Made by a program: the position numbers and the translations under genes
Shown here: positions 24,626 to 37,100 of the stretch, piece by piece
How positions within the stretch are numbered: the stretch's first letter is position 1
How the letters are laid out: every line of letters begins with the position of its first letter
Notes under the pieces: model-generated
Seen by the model: only the letters and a program-made list of their open reading frames with translations
Databases searched by the model: none
What the model was told of the DNA's origin: nothing
Assembly (NCBI RefSeq): GCF_009834535.1
Contig: NC_045697.1
Span: 5,582,001 to 5,646,000 of the forward strand
DNA: 64,000 bases
DNA from: Camelus ferus
Taxonomy: Eukaryota
Direction: 5' to 3'

Positions 24626-26610
24626 CAGGAACATTCTCTGAGACTAGCCCAAACCACGGTGTCCAATTACTTTCTAAGTGCTTCCTTTAATCCCAACACT
24701 GATCTGAGGTACCATCTCAGCCTTCATTCCGCCTTGCACGGCACACATCCGTTGCATGATGCAGAGACTGGAAAGCAAATCAAGGCTCCATCCAGTGTTT
24801 CAAGACTATCCGCCACCTTCAGTTGCCCCAGTGCCACCAGCCACGAAGTTTAATCCTCAACAGCCTCATTGCCACAATGGCTGTATTTTTATTACTAGTT
24901 CTGGGCAGATGCTGTGTGACACACTTTATATGGATCAGCTGATCTAACACGACAACCCTGTTGGATAGATATTTTTAATTTTAATTTATAAAGCTCTCAC
25001 TACGGATACGTGGCTGGGATTTGAGCGTGGGGGCTGTCGGACTCAGAGTCCAGGCTCCTGCCATGATGCCAGGCTAAGACCTGGTTGCTGCTCTGTAAAG
25101 CCGCATCAAGGCTGGGATGCCAGAGATGGCCAGAAACGGCCACAAGAACACTTCTCTGCAGCTCTGTTTCTGGAGTTGAGTCCCTTTTCCAATTCATGCT
25201 GATATTTTCCTGCCCCTGGAGAGCGGGCTAGGGATACATACAGCTTTCTCAAAATTTCATTCATCAGAGATGTCATCTGAAAACAACAAACTTCATTATT
25301 GTGCTTACCACGTGTTATTATAATCGTCTATGTATATACTATTTTGCACTGTTAGTCTTTGACCTGTTCCAAGGTGGGGTCTTGGGCTTTGTTTTTATCT
25401 TTTCAGCACCTAACACAGTGCCACGTATTGAGTAGACACTGACAATGTGTTTGGAATCTGACTGAATGACTGGATGGATGGATGGATGGATGGAGCACAC
25501 ACGAATCCACACTTACTAATCACTCCCAATTCTCAAATCAAAAGTACTTGTATAATACATGTATGTACAGAAACACATGGGTCTCTTTGCATAAATGCCA
25601 CCCTCCCACTCCCCCCTCGACCTCAACCCCCACCACCAAGCTGATCTGGGGGCATTGAACAGTTGAGAGATAAAGAATCTAACCTCATTCTTCCTACTAA
25701 CTCCATGTGTGATCTTGGACAAGTCACTTATTTTCTCATCTGAAATATGAAGGAAATGGCCTGGATGATACTTGAAGCCCTTTCCAGTCCTAAATTTCCA
25801 TAATGCTATGGCTATCTACCTACCTTTATCAGATTTATCTAAATAATCACAAAAAAATACCACTTCATGCTGGAGAAACACAGTCATAATAAACTAAGCA
25901 AAACCAAATGCCCTTCAATATCCTGTTGTGAACTATAAAATGTCCCCTAAAATCACATTTTCCCCTTGAAACAGGATGTAAGAAAAATATTTTCCTATTA
26001 AATCCTTTTAAAGTGCAAGTGAAAGCATTTATGCTGTGATTTGCCGTCCAACTCAATAAAAAGTGCCGGATTCAGCCATGCTAATTACGGAAGATAACTG
26101 ACAGAAAAGCAAAGGCGGTGGAAATTCAGGTTGGAAACCTAGATGCCACGCCAATGCACGCACTTTCTGGATAGAGTTTCCCAGTGTGTATCAAGCAGTT
26201 TATTTCTACCATTATGTTTGGGAAACCAGTAAATGAGTTTTTATGAAGTGATTTATGAAACTCCTGGGGTGGACGAAGTGAGTGCTGGGAGGAAGTGGCA
26301 CCAACTTGCAAACCTGTGGAGGTGAGGGGAGAGAGAGGACTTGAACTTCGGTAACTTTTGATTACATTGTTGCGAGTTGGGTCCTCTGAGATGGGTTAAG
26401 CAAAGCAGGATGCTTTCCTTAAGAGAGGTAGTAAGGGGCTAGAAACTTTCAGAGAAAATCTTGGTACTTTGGCTATCTGAAAGCCTCCTGTTAGATTAAA
26501 TCCTTGAAGGGCAGAGATTCTGTTTTCCTTGCTTGTGGAGATTCTTGGAGTATTACAAGGGGCAGGGCTAGAAACATTGTTCGAGAAATGGAAAAAGAAT
26601 AGGTAAATCT

Positions 26611-27089
26611 TACAATGGAATACTACTCAGCCATAAAAACTGACAACATAATGCCATTTGCAGCAACATGGATGCTCCTGGAGAATGTCATTCTAAGTGA
26701 AGTAAGCCAGAAAGAGAAAGAAAAATACCATATGAGATCGCTCATATGTGGAATCTAAAAAACAAAAACAAAAACAAACAAACAAAAACAAAGCATAAAT
26801 ACAGGACAGAAATAGACTCATAGACAGAGAATACAGACTTGTGGTTGCCAGAGGGGTGGAGGGTGGGAAGGGATAGACTGGGATTTCAAAATTGTAGAAT
26901 AGATAAACAAGATTACACTGTATAGCACAGGGAAATATACACAAAATGTTATGATAACTCACAGAGAAAAAAATGTGACAATGAGTGTGTATCTGTCCAT
27001 GAATGACTGAAAAATTGTGCTGAACACTGGAATTTGACACAACATTGTAAAATGATTATAAATCAATAAAAAAAAAAGAAAAAAAAAAC
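26611..27089 (+). mobile_element. Young lineage-specific L1 3' end with poly(A) and 13-bp TSD
   Basis: TSD aataggtaaatct at 26598-26610 and 27090-27102; AATAAA followed by poly(A). Confidence 0.92.
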
Positions 27090-27167
27090 AATAGGTAAAT
27101 CTCTCTGTTCATCCAGGAAGACATATAGGAGGTGTCTGCCCAGCTCCTTTCTGTTGGAAGCATCCAC

Positions 27168-27673
27168 TGTGGTAGGCAGGCTAATAGCTCCTCAAGGATG
27201 TTCAAATCGGAATCACTGGAAGGTGTAGGTTATGTTGTGTGGCAAGGGAGAGCTGGGCTTACAGGTGGAATCGAGGTTGTCGATCAGCTGGCCTTCAGAT
27301 GGGGAGATTATCCCAGACCACCCGGTGGGCCCATTATAATCACAAGGGTGATTAAATGTGGAAAAGGGAGGAACAGAGTCGGTGTCAGAGTGATAGGTTG
27401 TAGCAGGACTCAACCTGCCATGGCTGGCATTGAAGATGGAGGAAGGGGCCACAAGCCAAGGAATGTGGGCAGCTTCTAGAGGCAGGAGAAGGCAAAGAAA
27501 TGGATTCTTCCCTAGAACCTTCCGAAAGGAATGCAGCTCTGTCCACGCCTTGAGTTTAGCCCAGTGAGACCCACTTTGAAATTTCTCTCTAAAACTGTAA
27601 GACAGCAAATTTTCGTTGTTTTAAGCCACTGCGTTGATGGAAATTTGTTACAGCGATGACGGAAACTAATACA
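27168..27673 (+). mobile_element. MLT1D-like MaLR solo LTR (506 bp)
   Basis: tgtggtaggcag...gaaactaataca ends; ggccacaagccaaggaatgtgggcagcttctaga; degenerate 5-bp TSD tccac/tcccc. Confidence 0.85.
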
Positions 27674-27711
27674 TCCCCAAATCCCCGACCAGCAGTGTCC
27701 TGACAGCCATG

Positions 27712-28912
27712 GGTTTTTTTCATTTTATTTTATTCATTTATTTTTTAATTGAGTTATAGTCATTTTACAATGTTGTGTCAAATTCCAGTGTAGAGCACAA
27801 TTTTTCAATTATACTTGAACATATATATATTCATTGTCACACTTTTTTGCTGTGAGCTACCATAAGATCTTGTATATATCTCCCTGTGCTATACAGTATA
27901 ATCTTGTTTATCTATTTTACATTTTGAAGTCCCAGTCTGTCCCTTCCCACCCCCCGCCCCCTTGGCAACCACAAGTTTGTATTCTATGTCTATGATGAGT
28001 CTGTTCCTGTTTTGTATTTATGGTTTTTTTTTTTTTTTTAGATTCCACATATGAGCAATCTCATATGGTATTTTTCTTTCTGGCTTTCTGGCTATTTCTC
28101 TTTTTGGCTTACTTCACTTAGAATGACATTCTCCAGGAGCATCCATGTTGCTGCAAATGGCATTATGTTGTCAGTTTTTATGGCTGAGTAGTATTCCATT
28201 GTATAAATATACCACATCTTCTTTATCCAATCATCTGTTGATGGACATTTAGGCTGTTTCCATGTCTTGGCTATTGTAAATAGTGCTGCTATGAACATTG
28301 GGGTGCAGGTGTCATTTTGAAGTAGGGTTCCTTCTGGATATATGCCCAGGAGCAGGATTCCTGGGTCATGTGGTAAGTCTATTCCCAGTCTTTTGAGGAA
28401 TCTCCATACTGTTTTCCACAGTGGCTGCACCAAACTGTATTCCCACCAGCAATGTAGGAGGGTTCCCTTTTCTCCACAGCCTCTCCAGCATTTGTCATTT
28501 GTGGACTTTTGAATGATGGCCATTCTGACTGGTGTGAGGTGATACCTCATTGTAGTTTTGATTTGCATTTCTCTGATATTTAGTGATATTCAGCATTTTT
28601 TCTTGTGCCTATTGATCATTTGTATTTCTTCCTTGGAGAATTGCTTGTTTAGGTCTTCAGCTCATTTTTGGATTGGGTTGTTTGTTTTTTTCTTATTAAG
28701 TCGTATGAGCTGCTTATATATATTCTGGAGATCAAGCCTTTGCCAGTTTCATTTGCAAAAATTTTCTCATTCCGTAGGTTGTCGTTTTGTTTTACTTATG
28801 GTGTCCTTTGCTGTACAGAAGCTTGTAAGTTCCATTAGGTCCCATTCGTTTATTCTTGCTTTTATTTCTATTTCTTGGGTAGACTGTCTTAGGAGAACAT
28901 TTTTGAGGTGTA
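27712..28912 (-). mobile_element. Young L1, 1.2 kb 5'-truncated, ORF2 C-terminus open for 158 aa, 12-bp TSD
   Basis: ORF 28092-28568 [19 protein letters not shown]...[16 protein letters not shown]...; TSD ctgacagccatg at 27700-11 and 28913-24. Confidence 0.93.
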
Positions 28913-29924
28913 CTGACAGCCATGTTTGAACCCTATGACACTGGATGCTCAGCCATAGCTGATTGGACCAGAGGTAGATGTCTGTCCCAAGCTGGGCATG
29001 CTCAGAATTTGGATTTGGGATTGATAACAGCTGTGAGGAGAAACACATACAAATTCAGGAGCTGAGGTGGGGGCAGGGGGAGGCTGTGTTGGGTCATGTG
29101 AACTGAGAAGCAGAGAAGGTCTGCAAAGATAATTAAACTGAGGAAGAAAGAGGCAGAGAGAGATGGAGAGAGGTCTGATTGTCTCAGGGTAGTCTTAACT
29201 CAGAGATATCACTGCCCTCAAGGTTGGACTTTCAGGTGTGTGCACATAACACTCGGCCCTCCCTGGACTTAATATTCTTGAAGACTTATTTGTAGCAAAA
29301 AAGAATGGGAGTCTCCGTGGGGGTTGGAAAGGAGGGTCTTTTCCCAAGACCATTGCTGATGGTAAGAAAGACCACACACACACACATACACACACACCCC
29401 TTGTCTTCCCAGAAGAAATCAACAAAAGGATATGTTTTAAGATAATTTTCTAAATGAGGCAAGCTCCTCACGTGGTCACCTGAGATCTGACTGGCTCTGG
29501 TTCAAACCACAGAAAATGCCCATCTTTGCTCTTTGGAACTCTAGCTCCATCACCCTGATTTCTTTAGCTAGGTTTCTTCTTAGGAACAAAGGTTTATTCT
29601 TTGAACTTCCCATCCCTAGAGTCATAGACCTCTTTAAAGCTCCCGAGAAAAAAATGATGAATTTCTTTAGGTTCATTTCCTAAAGTGAAAGCACATGTTC
29701 TCCGAATCCTCTCCTCTTGCATAGTGAATTCTACCACGGCATGGCCAGCCTTCCAGGGCTTCTGTCACTCTAACCCTCCCAACCAGGTCTTTTCTATTGG
29801 TCAGAGCTAGGTGTAATCTAGTAGCTCCTTCCTCTCCATCCTTTTACTGAAAGATAGCACTGTAATGATGGTAAGTGAAGAATGCAGTGATAGTCTTGTT
29901 TGGCAGATATCTGGACATGGGGTG

Positions 29925-30560
29925 TATAGGCTAATTATGCTGCAGAAACAATCACAAATCTCCATAGACAACAAGAGCAATGGTTTACTTCTTACTGCAG
30001 GCCTTAGTTAGCTGTGCTCTAAGTCATCTTACTTTACAGGGACCCAGGTGGATGACACGATAGAACATGACAGGTTGCTATGACAGAGGGAGAAGAGAGC
30101 ACGGGGAACCACATGTTAGCTCTTAAATTTGCTGCCCAGAACCAACACATGGCATGCTTCATGGCTACAAGGAATCACCTGGCCAAGGTTGTCATCAATA
30201 GGTCAAGGAGCTATAATCCTCTCCTGGGAGGCAGGGGCACAAACGGACAATAAAATGGACTACCACAGAGGGTCTCCAGTTATTGTACTGTTGTGGCAAA
30301 TCCATGAGGCCACGGACCCAGAAAACTCTGGTCTCCCCGCACTGCCCGGCAGGAACTCACACTTGCATTGGGCACATTGCATTCACACAGGCATTGAGCA
30401 TCCTTCATACAGCAAATGCCTGCTTACATCAACTTTCCCCAGGTAGAAGGGCTATAAAACCAACATCTCTAAAGCAAGTGACAATGACAGTATCTCAGTG
30501 GCTGACAACAACATAAGTCTATTTCTCACTCACAGCACAGTTCTGTCATGGCTTGGACAT
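29925..30560 (-). mobile_element. Old MLT1-type MaLR LTR fragments
   Basis: ggctaattatgctgcagaaacaatcacaaatctc; tctcagtggctgacaacaacataagtctatttctcactcac. Confidence 0.5.
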
Positions 30561-31628
30561 CTGGACCTGCGATAGACCCTCTTTTAGGCAGAAGTTGCAT
30601 TTAATGATTTCTATGAGAGTCCCCAAATGATTCTAAGCTGCCTACATCTACCTCGATTGTATGCAGGGTGCTGTTATAGAGAAATGTATTCGGGAATTCC
30701 AATATGCCCTCCAGTTTTTCAAGAGAAGAGATCCTAGCCAAATGAAATATTGTTACTAGTGAAACATAATTTATGTACCACCTCCAATGTGGCAGTTTGT
30801 AGTATGCGCCATGCTTCTGTTCTTCCTTTTAATCCACATCCCCTCTCAGTTCCGTGGGGTTTCAAATAGTTATAAGTCCACGGTCAACTGAAGTCATCTG
30901 GCCCTTTGAGGTTAAAAGAGTAAAATAAAATAATAATAAAAATGCAACATCTCATATCCCATGGTCTGTGGGAAGCCCAAGGGCCTCCTGAAGATCTTTG
31001 TAACTTTTCTAGGAAGTTCATGCGCTTGTGGTCACTTGTGGCTTTAGAGCCTCACATTTTGAGCTCACTTGGGTCTCCTCTCCATAATCTCCTTTTTTTC
31101 TTGCAGATGCAGACAGAAAACGTAGACCTTTCTCCTGAACTTTTTACCCCCAAAAACCAACTGCACCAAATACATTGCTCACTGAGGGCGTGGTGTAGCT
31201 CAGCCTCCTCCCACTCAAAAACCCTCCCCAATGAGCTACTCTTTCCTTTCCAGTCCCCTTCTCTGGGTTCTGGTTCCCTCCCCCACCCTATCCTTAATTC
31301 AATCCTGTTCATTTCATTATGGAGGGTGATTTAACTCTCTTTCCTTCTACTCTGCCCCAGGCTTACCTAAGCCAAAGACTCATTAATGTCTTGATAAAAC
31401 AAAGGGCCATTTCAGCAAGACAGAATCACTGGCAGAGATTTTGTAATTTCTTTCTCATTTTTCTCTCCCTTACTCTGTTGGCGGAAGAAAGCTGTGTGAA
31501 AATTTATTTTCCTCATACAGGGAGGCTGCAGTGGCTACAGTTTGGGTTTTAAATACTATTTCCCTCCTCCTTTCAGGTACTTATGTACTCCTAGTACATC
31601 TATCTCTGATAAACTTATTTCTTTAACA

Positions 31629-32043
31629 CAGTGGCCCTCAAACTTTTGGTCTCAGAACACCTTACACTCTTACAAGTTATTGAGGGCCCTAAAATAACTT
31701 TGGCTTATATAGATTTTGTCTATGGATATTTACCATATTAGGAAATTAAAACAAAAAATTTAAATATTCATTCAGTTAAAAGCAAAAATAAATCCACTAC
31801 ATGTTAACATAAATGGTATCTTCTTGTGAAAAAATGCATTTCCAAATCAGCTTAGTGAAAATGGCATTGTTTTATATTTTTGCAGATCTCTTTATAAAGT
31901 TTGTCTTAATAGAAGACAGCTGTTCTACATTCAGTGTTTTGCAGTAACACAAGTCACCCAGCCTCTGGAAAACCGAACTGAGCACAACTCACGAGAGAAT
32001 AAGTGAAAATACAAATAATATCTTAGCATGAAAATAATTTGAC
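31629..32043 (+). mobile_element. Charlie1/MER119-like hAT DNA transposon fragment
   Basis: cagtggccctcaaacttttggtctcag...tacactcttacaagttattgagg...atatttaccatattagg. Confidence 0.75.
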
Positions 32044-32589
32044 AATCACATTTTATATACATATTCCAGCTGTGCATCCTCTTTAAGGAAGACAAAGGAT
32101 GAAATCAAAGAGATCGTGAATTAAATTTGAACCTTGTACCAAAGTGTAGAAAGAATTCACTGGCTCACTTGCAGTCGATTTAAATAACTATGACTTAGAT
32201 GGTATATTTAAAAACCATACATGAGGATGAACAGGAACCAGTGAAACTCTTCCGTCCTTTTCTGCATCTGGTAAATTCCTAGTCACCCTTCAAATCTTGT
32301 GATGCCTTCTCTACCGAGCATTCCCCACCATGATTAATGCCTACAATGATAACAATAACATTATTATTAACAACGGTAACTAACTTTCAGTGGTCTTTAG
32401 GAGCCAAGCAACGCCATAACACTTTACACGTGTTATTTCGTTTAATTATCACTGTAAACACTTGGAGGAAAGTGCTGCCTTTATTTTACAGATCAGGTGG
32501 GTGAAGGTTGGAAAGAAAGGCCTCTGGCCTTAGCGCTGTGCCTTGCACACACCTGACTCTGCCCTGGCACTTATTGCACCCTGGTGGTC

Positions 32590-33330
32590 ACCGTCCACGT
32601 GCTTCGGTCCCGCACAAGGCGAGTCCCTGAGGTATGAGTCAGGCTGCGTCGCCTCCGCTCCCCCGCAACCCGCGCGGCTTGACTTGGGCAGCGCGCGAGC
32701 CACGAGAAGGGAGTGAGCCCTCCAACTCCTCGATCCCCTACACTCCGCAAGCGGGCTCGCGGGGGCTCGGGACCCTGCGATCTCCCTCCGCGGCCAAGCC
32801 CGCCGAGGTTTGCTGGGAGCAGAAAAGGGCGCGGGTGTGCGCGTCGCGGAGTCGGCGGCGCCTAGAGGATCGGCTAGGCGCGCGGGCGGAGGCCGGAACC
32901 TTTCTCCTCTGGCCGCGGTGGCCCCGCGCAGGCCGGAACTTTTCTTCCCGCGTCGCTGTTGGCGGGCGGAGGCGTGCGCTGCCGGACCTGTCCTCCAGCT
33001 GCCGGGCTCAAGTCGCGGTCGCCGGCTGCTGACGTGGGCCGGCCTGGTGGGGGCCGTGGGTGCGGGTCGCCATGGCGGTGGACATCACCCTGCTGTTCCG
33101 GGCCAGCGTCAAGACCGTGAAGACGCGCAACAAAGCGCTGGGAGTGGCGGTGGGCGGCGGGGTTGAGGGCAGCCGCGACGAGCTGTTCCGCCGGAGCCCC
33201 CGGCCCAAGGGCGACTTCTCCAGCCGGGCGCGCGAAGTGGTGAGCTGGTTGCTATGGAAACGGCGGGCTGGAGTTGGGGGCGAACCCGCGACAGGGACCC
33301 CAGAGCCCAAACTGGACTCTGTCCCGTAAG
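32590..33330. promoter_or_regulatory. CpG-island promoter of STX18, possibly bidirectional (human has the divergent lncRNA STX18-AS1)
   Basis: High GC and CpG density; ETS-like CCGGAA at ~32894 and ~32933; E-box CACGTG 32596; AP-1 TGAGTCA 32635; TGACGTGG 33030; no TATA seen. Confidence 0.85.
33072..33239 (+). CDS. STX18: Syntaxin-18 (ER Qa-SNARE), first coding exon, 56 aa, phase-0 donor; remaining exons lie outside the window
   Basis: Translation MAVDITLLFRASVKTVKTRNKALGVAVGGGVEGSRDELFRRSPRPKGDFSSRAREV matches the recognised STX18 N-terminus; strong Kozak gtcgccATGG; donor GTG|GTGAGC at 33240; inside a CpG island. Confidence 0.96.
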
Positions 33331-34016
33331 CGTTGTGCAAAGGAGGCGCCTGAGAAAGTGGTCTGCAGGGGGGCCGGAGAGTTGGTCCCCAAGGGCTGTC
33401 TTGGAAAGGAACAGTCTTAGGTCGAGGAATGGGGACTCGTATTTGGGGAACTAGGAAGTCTTCTGTTTGCAAGTTCAGAGTTCATTACCTTTATGAGGTC
33501 ATGAGTTTGCCGAAACTGCAGACTTGAACGCCGGCGAAGCTTCCCACACAGTTCTCTGCTTTCCTGTCGCAGCACTGACAACAGTGTTTTCGTCTCTTCT
33601 GTTTACTTGTCTCATCCCCCTCCCCTCCCCGCTTCCTCACTGAGATCAAAGATCCTGTTCAGCTGACCACTCCCTTCCCCTTGCTTCCTACAATAGGTTA
33701 GGGCTCATGCTAGGGATCGCTAGATCTTGAGACTGGTTTAAGATAATCTTTCACAAACACTCTGTATTACAGTCATCTAAACTACTTTCTGTTCCCTGAA
33801 CACTGCAGGCTTTCGTTCAGGAGAGCAAAGACCTACTTCTCAAGGGCAGGAACAGTGTTGGCTTTGCCCCAGAATCCTCAAAGCCTGACTCATCATTGCT
33901 TAGTAAATGTTTGTTGAATGAATGAATGAACAAATGGTTGTCTGTCTTACCCACTAAACAGGAAACACTGTAAGAGAAGAGAACGTTTGCCTTGTTCACT
34001 TTCATATCCTTGGCAC

Positions 34017-34184
34017 CAAGGGTGGATCTAGTTTTGTGAAGCTTGGAGTTTATGTAGTTATATCTGTCCTCTTTAAGAAATGAAATACAAAATCAGAAAA
34101 AAAAAATGGTTCAGAGCTTTGAGAGGTGCAAGTGAGGGGCCCTGAAGCTTAAACTTCATTGATTTCATGGTAAATTCACCTCCA
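34017..34184 (+). mobile_element. MER53-like hAT MITE
   Basis: cctctttaagaaa..aaatacaaaat...gtgcaagtgaggggccctgaagcttaaacttcatt...gtaaattcacctc. Confidence 0.7.
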
Positions 34185-37100
34185 TTTGGTACACAGTGCA
34201 ATGCCTTGTACTTTGTAGACACTCAGATATTTTTTCATGAATGTATGCATGCATGAATTCATGAGCGGCAGTTAGAGAGGATATTCATGCATTGGAAGGG
34301 AAATTGGTCCAGATGAATAAATTCAGTGTTTCAGTAAGCATCAATTAAGCACCTGCTTTCTGACCAGCATTGTGTTAGAATAATAGGATTTAAACAGAAT
34401 AGTGGAGACATAGTAACAAAGAAGTGACTTAAAGCCTTGTAGATGTTGTGTAGAGCACAGAGGAGGGTGTGTTCAGTTCTACCTCAGGGCCAAGAAAGGC
34501 TTTACAGAGGCAATGATAGCTGAAACAAATCTTTAAAGAGAAGTAGTTGGTTCCAGTGCAGACAGGGTGGAGAAGGGCATCTTGACTAAGCGTATGCACA
34601 AAGGTGTGGAGATAGGTAACTCTCTGCTCAATTTGTATGTACTCAATGCATGTCCACCCATTAAATTACCAACAAATTAGTAACGGCATTTCAGATTTTG
34701 AGGGGAAGAACTTATCACAGCTGGACAACTCCAAACAGTAATAACTATGACGGTTTGCATTGGGAGCTTGATTGGTTAACTTATTTGAATCGTGGGACTA
34801 ATGGGGACCTTGGAGTGGAAAGAGAACTGAGACTTAGATTTTAGAAGGCTTGGATTCGAATGTGGGTTCTGTTACTCAGAAGTGGGAGACTTGGGCAAGT
34901 CCTGTTACCTGAGTCTCATTCCCTCTTTCTATAAAGATGGCCATGATAATACCCCATTTAATTGGCAAGCTGATTATTAGCATCTTTTGATGCTAATACG
35001 TATGTATGTATGTATCATAAAGAACTATAGCGATTATTATTGTTCCCATTCACCCACTACCCTAACCCCATGTAGGCCATTTAGATGTATTTTCATCAGT
35101 GGGACAAAGCTATATTCCCTAAACCACTTAGCTTTCTTGTACTTTCATTCGTTGCTTGCAAAGGAAAACCAAGTAAGTTCATGAAGGAGTCTGAAAATCC
35201 GTTGCAGGTACTAATAGCATCGATAGAGGAGGAAGCAACATTCCTCTGTCAAGGTGAAACTGTGAGTGATGGCAAATGTGTGGCAAGCAGGCAGCTGTTC
35301 CTCTCTTCCTCCCTATGACCAAGGAGCCAGTGTTCATTTCCCAGAATCCTTTGCAACATTGTGCCCAGGCAGCCATTACCAATTGTTGGACCTGACATTG
35401 AAGTTGAAATTTACTTGACCTCCTACCTGAAATATAGTGAAAATAGAATCTGTATGTCTGAAGCAGAACCACGGATTTTCTCTTTTAGTACTTAGAGAGA
35501 TCTTACGTTCATGTTGTTCAGGCTTCTGGTTTTATAGGTGGGAAAACTAACACCCAGATAAGGGAAGTGTCTTGCCCAGAGTCATAACAGATAAAGTCAA
35601 AGGACAGAGCCAGAGGTAGAAGCCAGGTCCTTTGACCCCAGTTTAATATTTCCCACCCTGCCCTTATACATTCTCCTACCTTACGTTTCTACTGTAATTT
35701 CAAACCAAAAATTCTTTAGCTGAGTTTCTTATTCCTGAGTTAATACTGAATTCATAACTGAATAGTGAATAAGATTTAGAACAGAAAGACCTGAATTTGA
35801 ATGACTCTTACTGTATGAACTTACTGTATGAACTTGGGAGAGTTACTTAACCTCAGTTTCCTCACTTCTAAAATAGAGTGAGTAATAGTAACCTTATAAG
35901 GTTGTTAGGCAGAAAGGAGAAAAGGCATGCAAGTGCATGCCTGAGTGTGAATTCTTTTGGTTTCAAGTAACAGTAACCTTGATTAAATAACCTGAGCAAA
36001 ATAGGGATGTTTTGGCTGGTCTAACTGGGAAACAGGATGAAGCTTCTTTCTCCAACTCTTATCCATGAAACCCCAAGAAAGGACTCTCATTGGTTCTGCT
36101 TGGGTCCTGAGCTCTCCTTATGGCATCAGAAGGATAAGGTTCCTCAAATGGCCAGGTCATATGTTCACTCCAGTAGGTGGATTGGAGTCTGTGATCGCTA
36201 AGACTAGGGAGCAAGAAATGCTGGACAGGCAAAACCAAAATGAGTGTTCCTTCTAGTAACTAGCACAGTGCCTGACCTGCCTTCACCTTACTTACCTGCT
36301 TGTCTTCAACTCTGTTGGGAATAAAAAACTAGAATTGTGGGAGTTTGTAACAACAGGCTTTGCTGTGGGAATGTGTCTGGAGGTGCATCATAGGGGTAAC
36401 TCTTCCATTTTCTTACTGGTTTATAAAGGTTACAGAGGCAGGGGAAGCACCACACAGTAAACCAAGACCCCTGGAAGCAGCCAGACCGAGTCTGCAGGGG
36501 CAGCAGGAGCCAATGAAAATCACCGAACGGGACCTGAGGGAACCTGTGTTCTATCCCAAGTTCTGCATTAACTGGGCAGACCACATGGTCTTTCTGCACC
36601 TCAGTGTCCACACTGCTAAATCTGAGTGCTTAGACAGTAACTGCAGTGATGTCTTGTAAAACAAAGATGTTTTGATTACATGTCAGGTAAACAGCAGCTC
36701 TGAGTTGTTGGGAATTCTATTTTCAGATTAGGCGTGCAGCTGAGTTTTTCTTTGTGTATTATACAAGCTTTTGTGGAAGCTAAATGTCATTTATTCTTAT
36801 TGTTTTAGGGGTTGATTATCTTGAGTTCCTGGTTTAAGTTCAGACTTCTAACAGCAGCTCAAAACCAGAGGATCTGGTCCCTGCCGCTTCTCAGACCTCA
36901 CCTCCTCTCACTCTTACTCTCCTCCAGACGCCCTAGCCTCCTTGCTTTCCTCACCTGCTCCAGGCACATTCCTGCCTCAGGACCTTTCCATTTGTTGTTC
37001 CCCAGATTCCATGTGGTCTTTAAGTCTCTTCAGTGAGCCTTTCCTCCACTGCCCTGTATAAAGTAGCATCCTTCTTCTGTTCTTTACTTTGTTTTATTGT

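Noticed and set aside
28092..28568. 158-aa ORF as a gene
   Set aside because: C-terminus of L1 ORF2 in a 5'-truncated, TSD-flanked copy with no promoter
1..32900. Exons of an STX18-AS1 ortholog
   Set aside because: Known in human, but no exon structure can be supported from this sequence alone
33060..33329. 89-aa ORF as the complete protein; also flanking ORFs 32634-33032, 32810-33166 and 33008-33472
   Set aside because: STX18 similarity ends at the donor at 33240 and the rest is intron read-through; the others are GC-island artefacts
35808..35836. Short tandem duplications (13-bp unit here; 24-bp unit at ~42168-42215)
   Set aside because: Ordinary slippage within old MIR/L1 remnants
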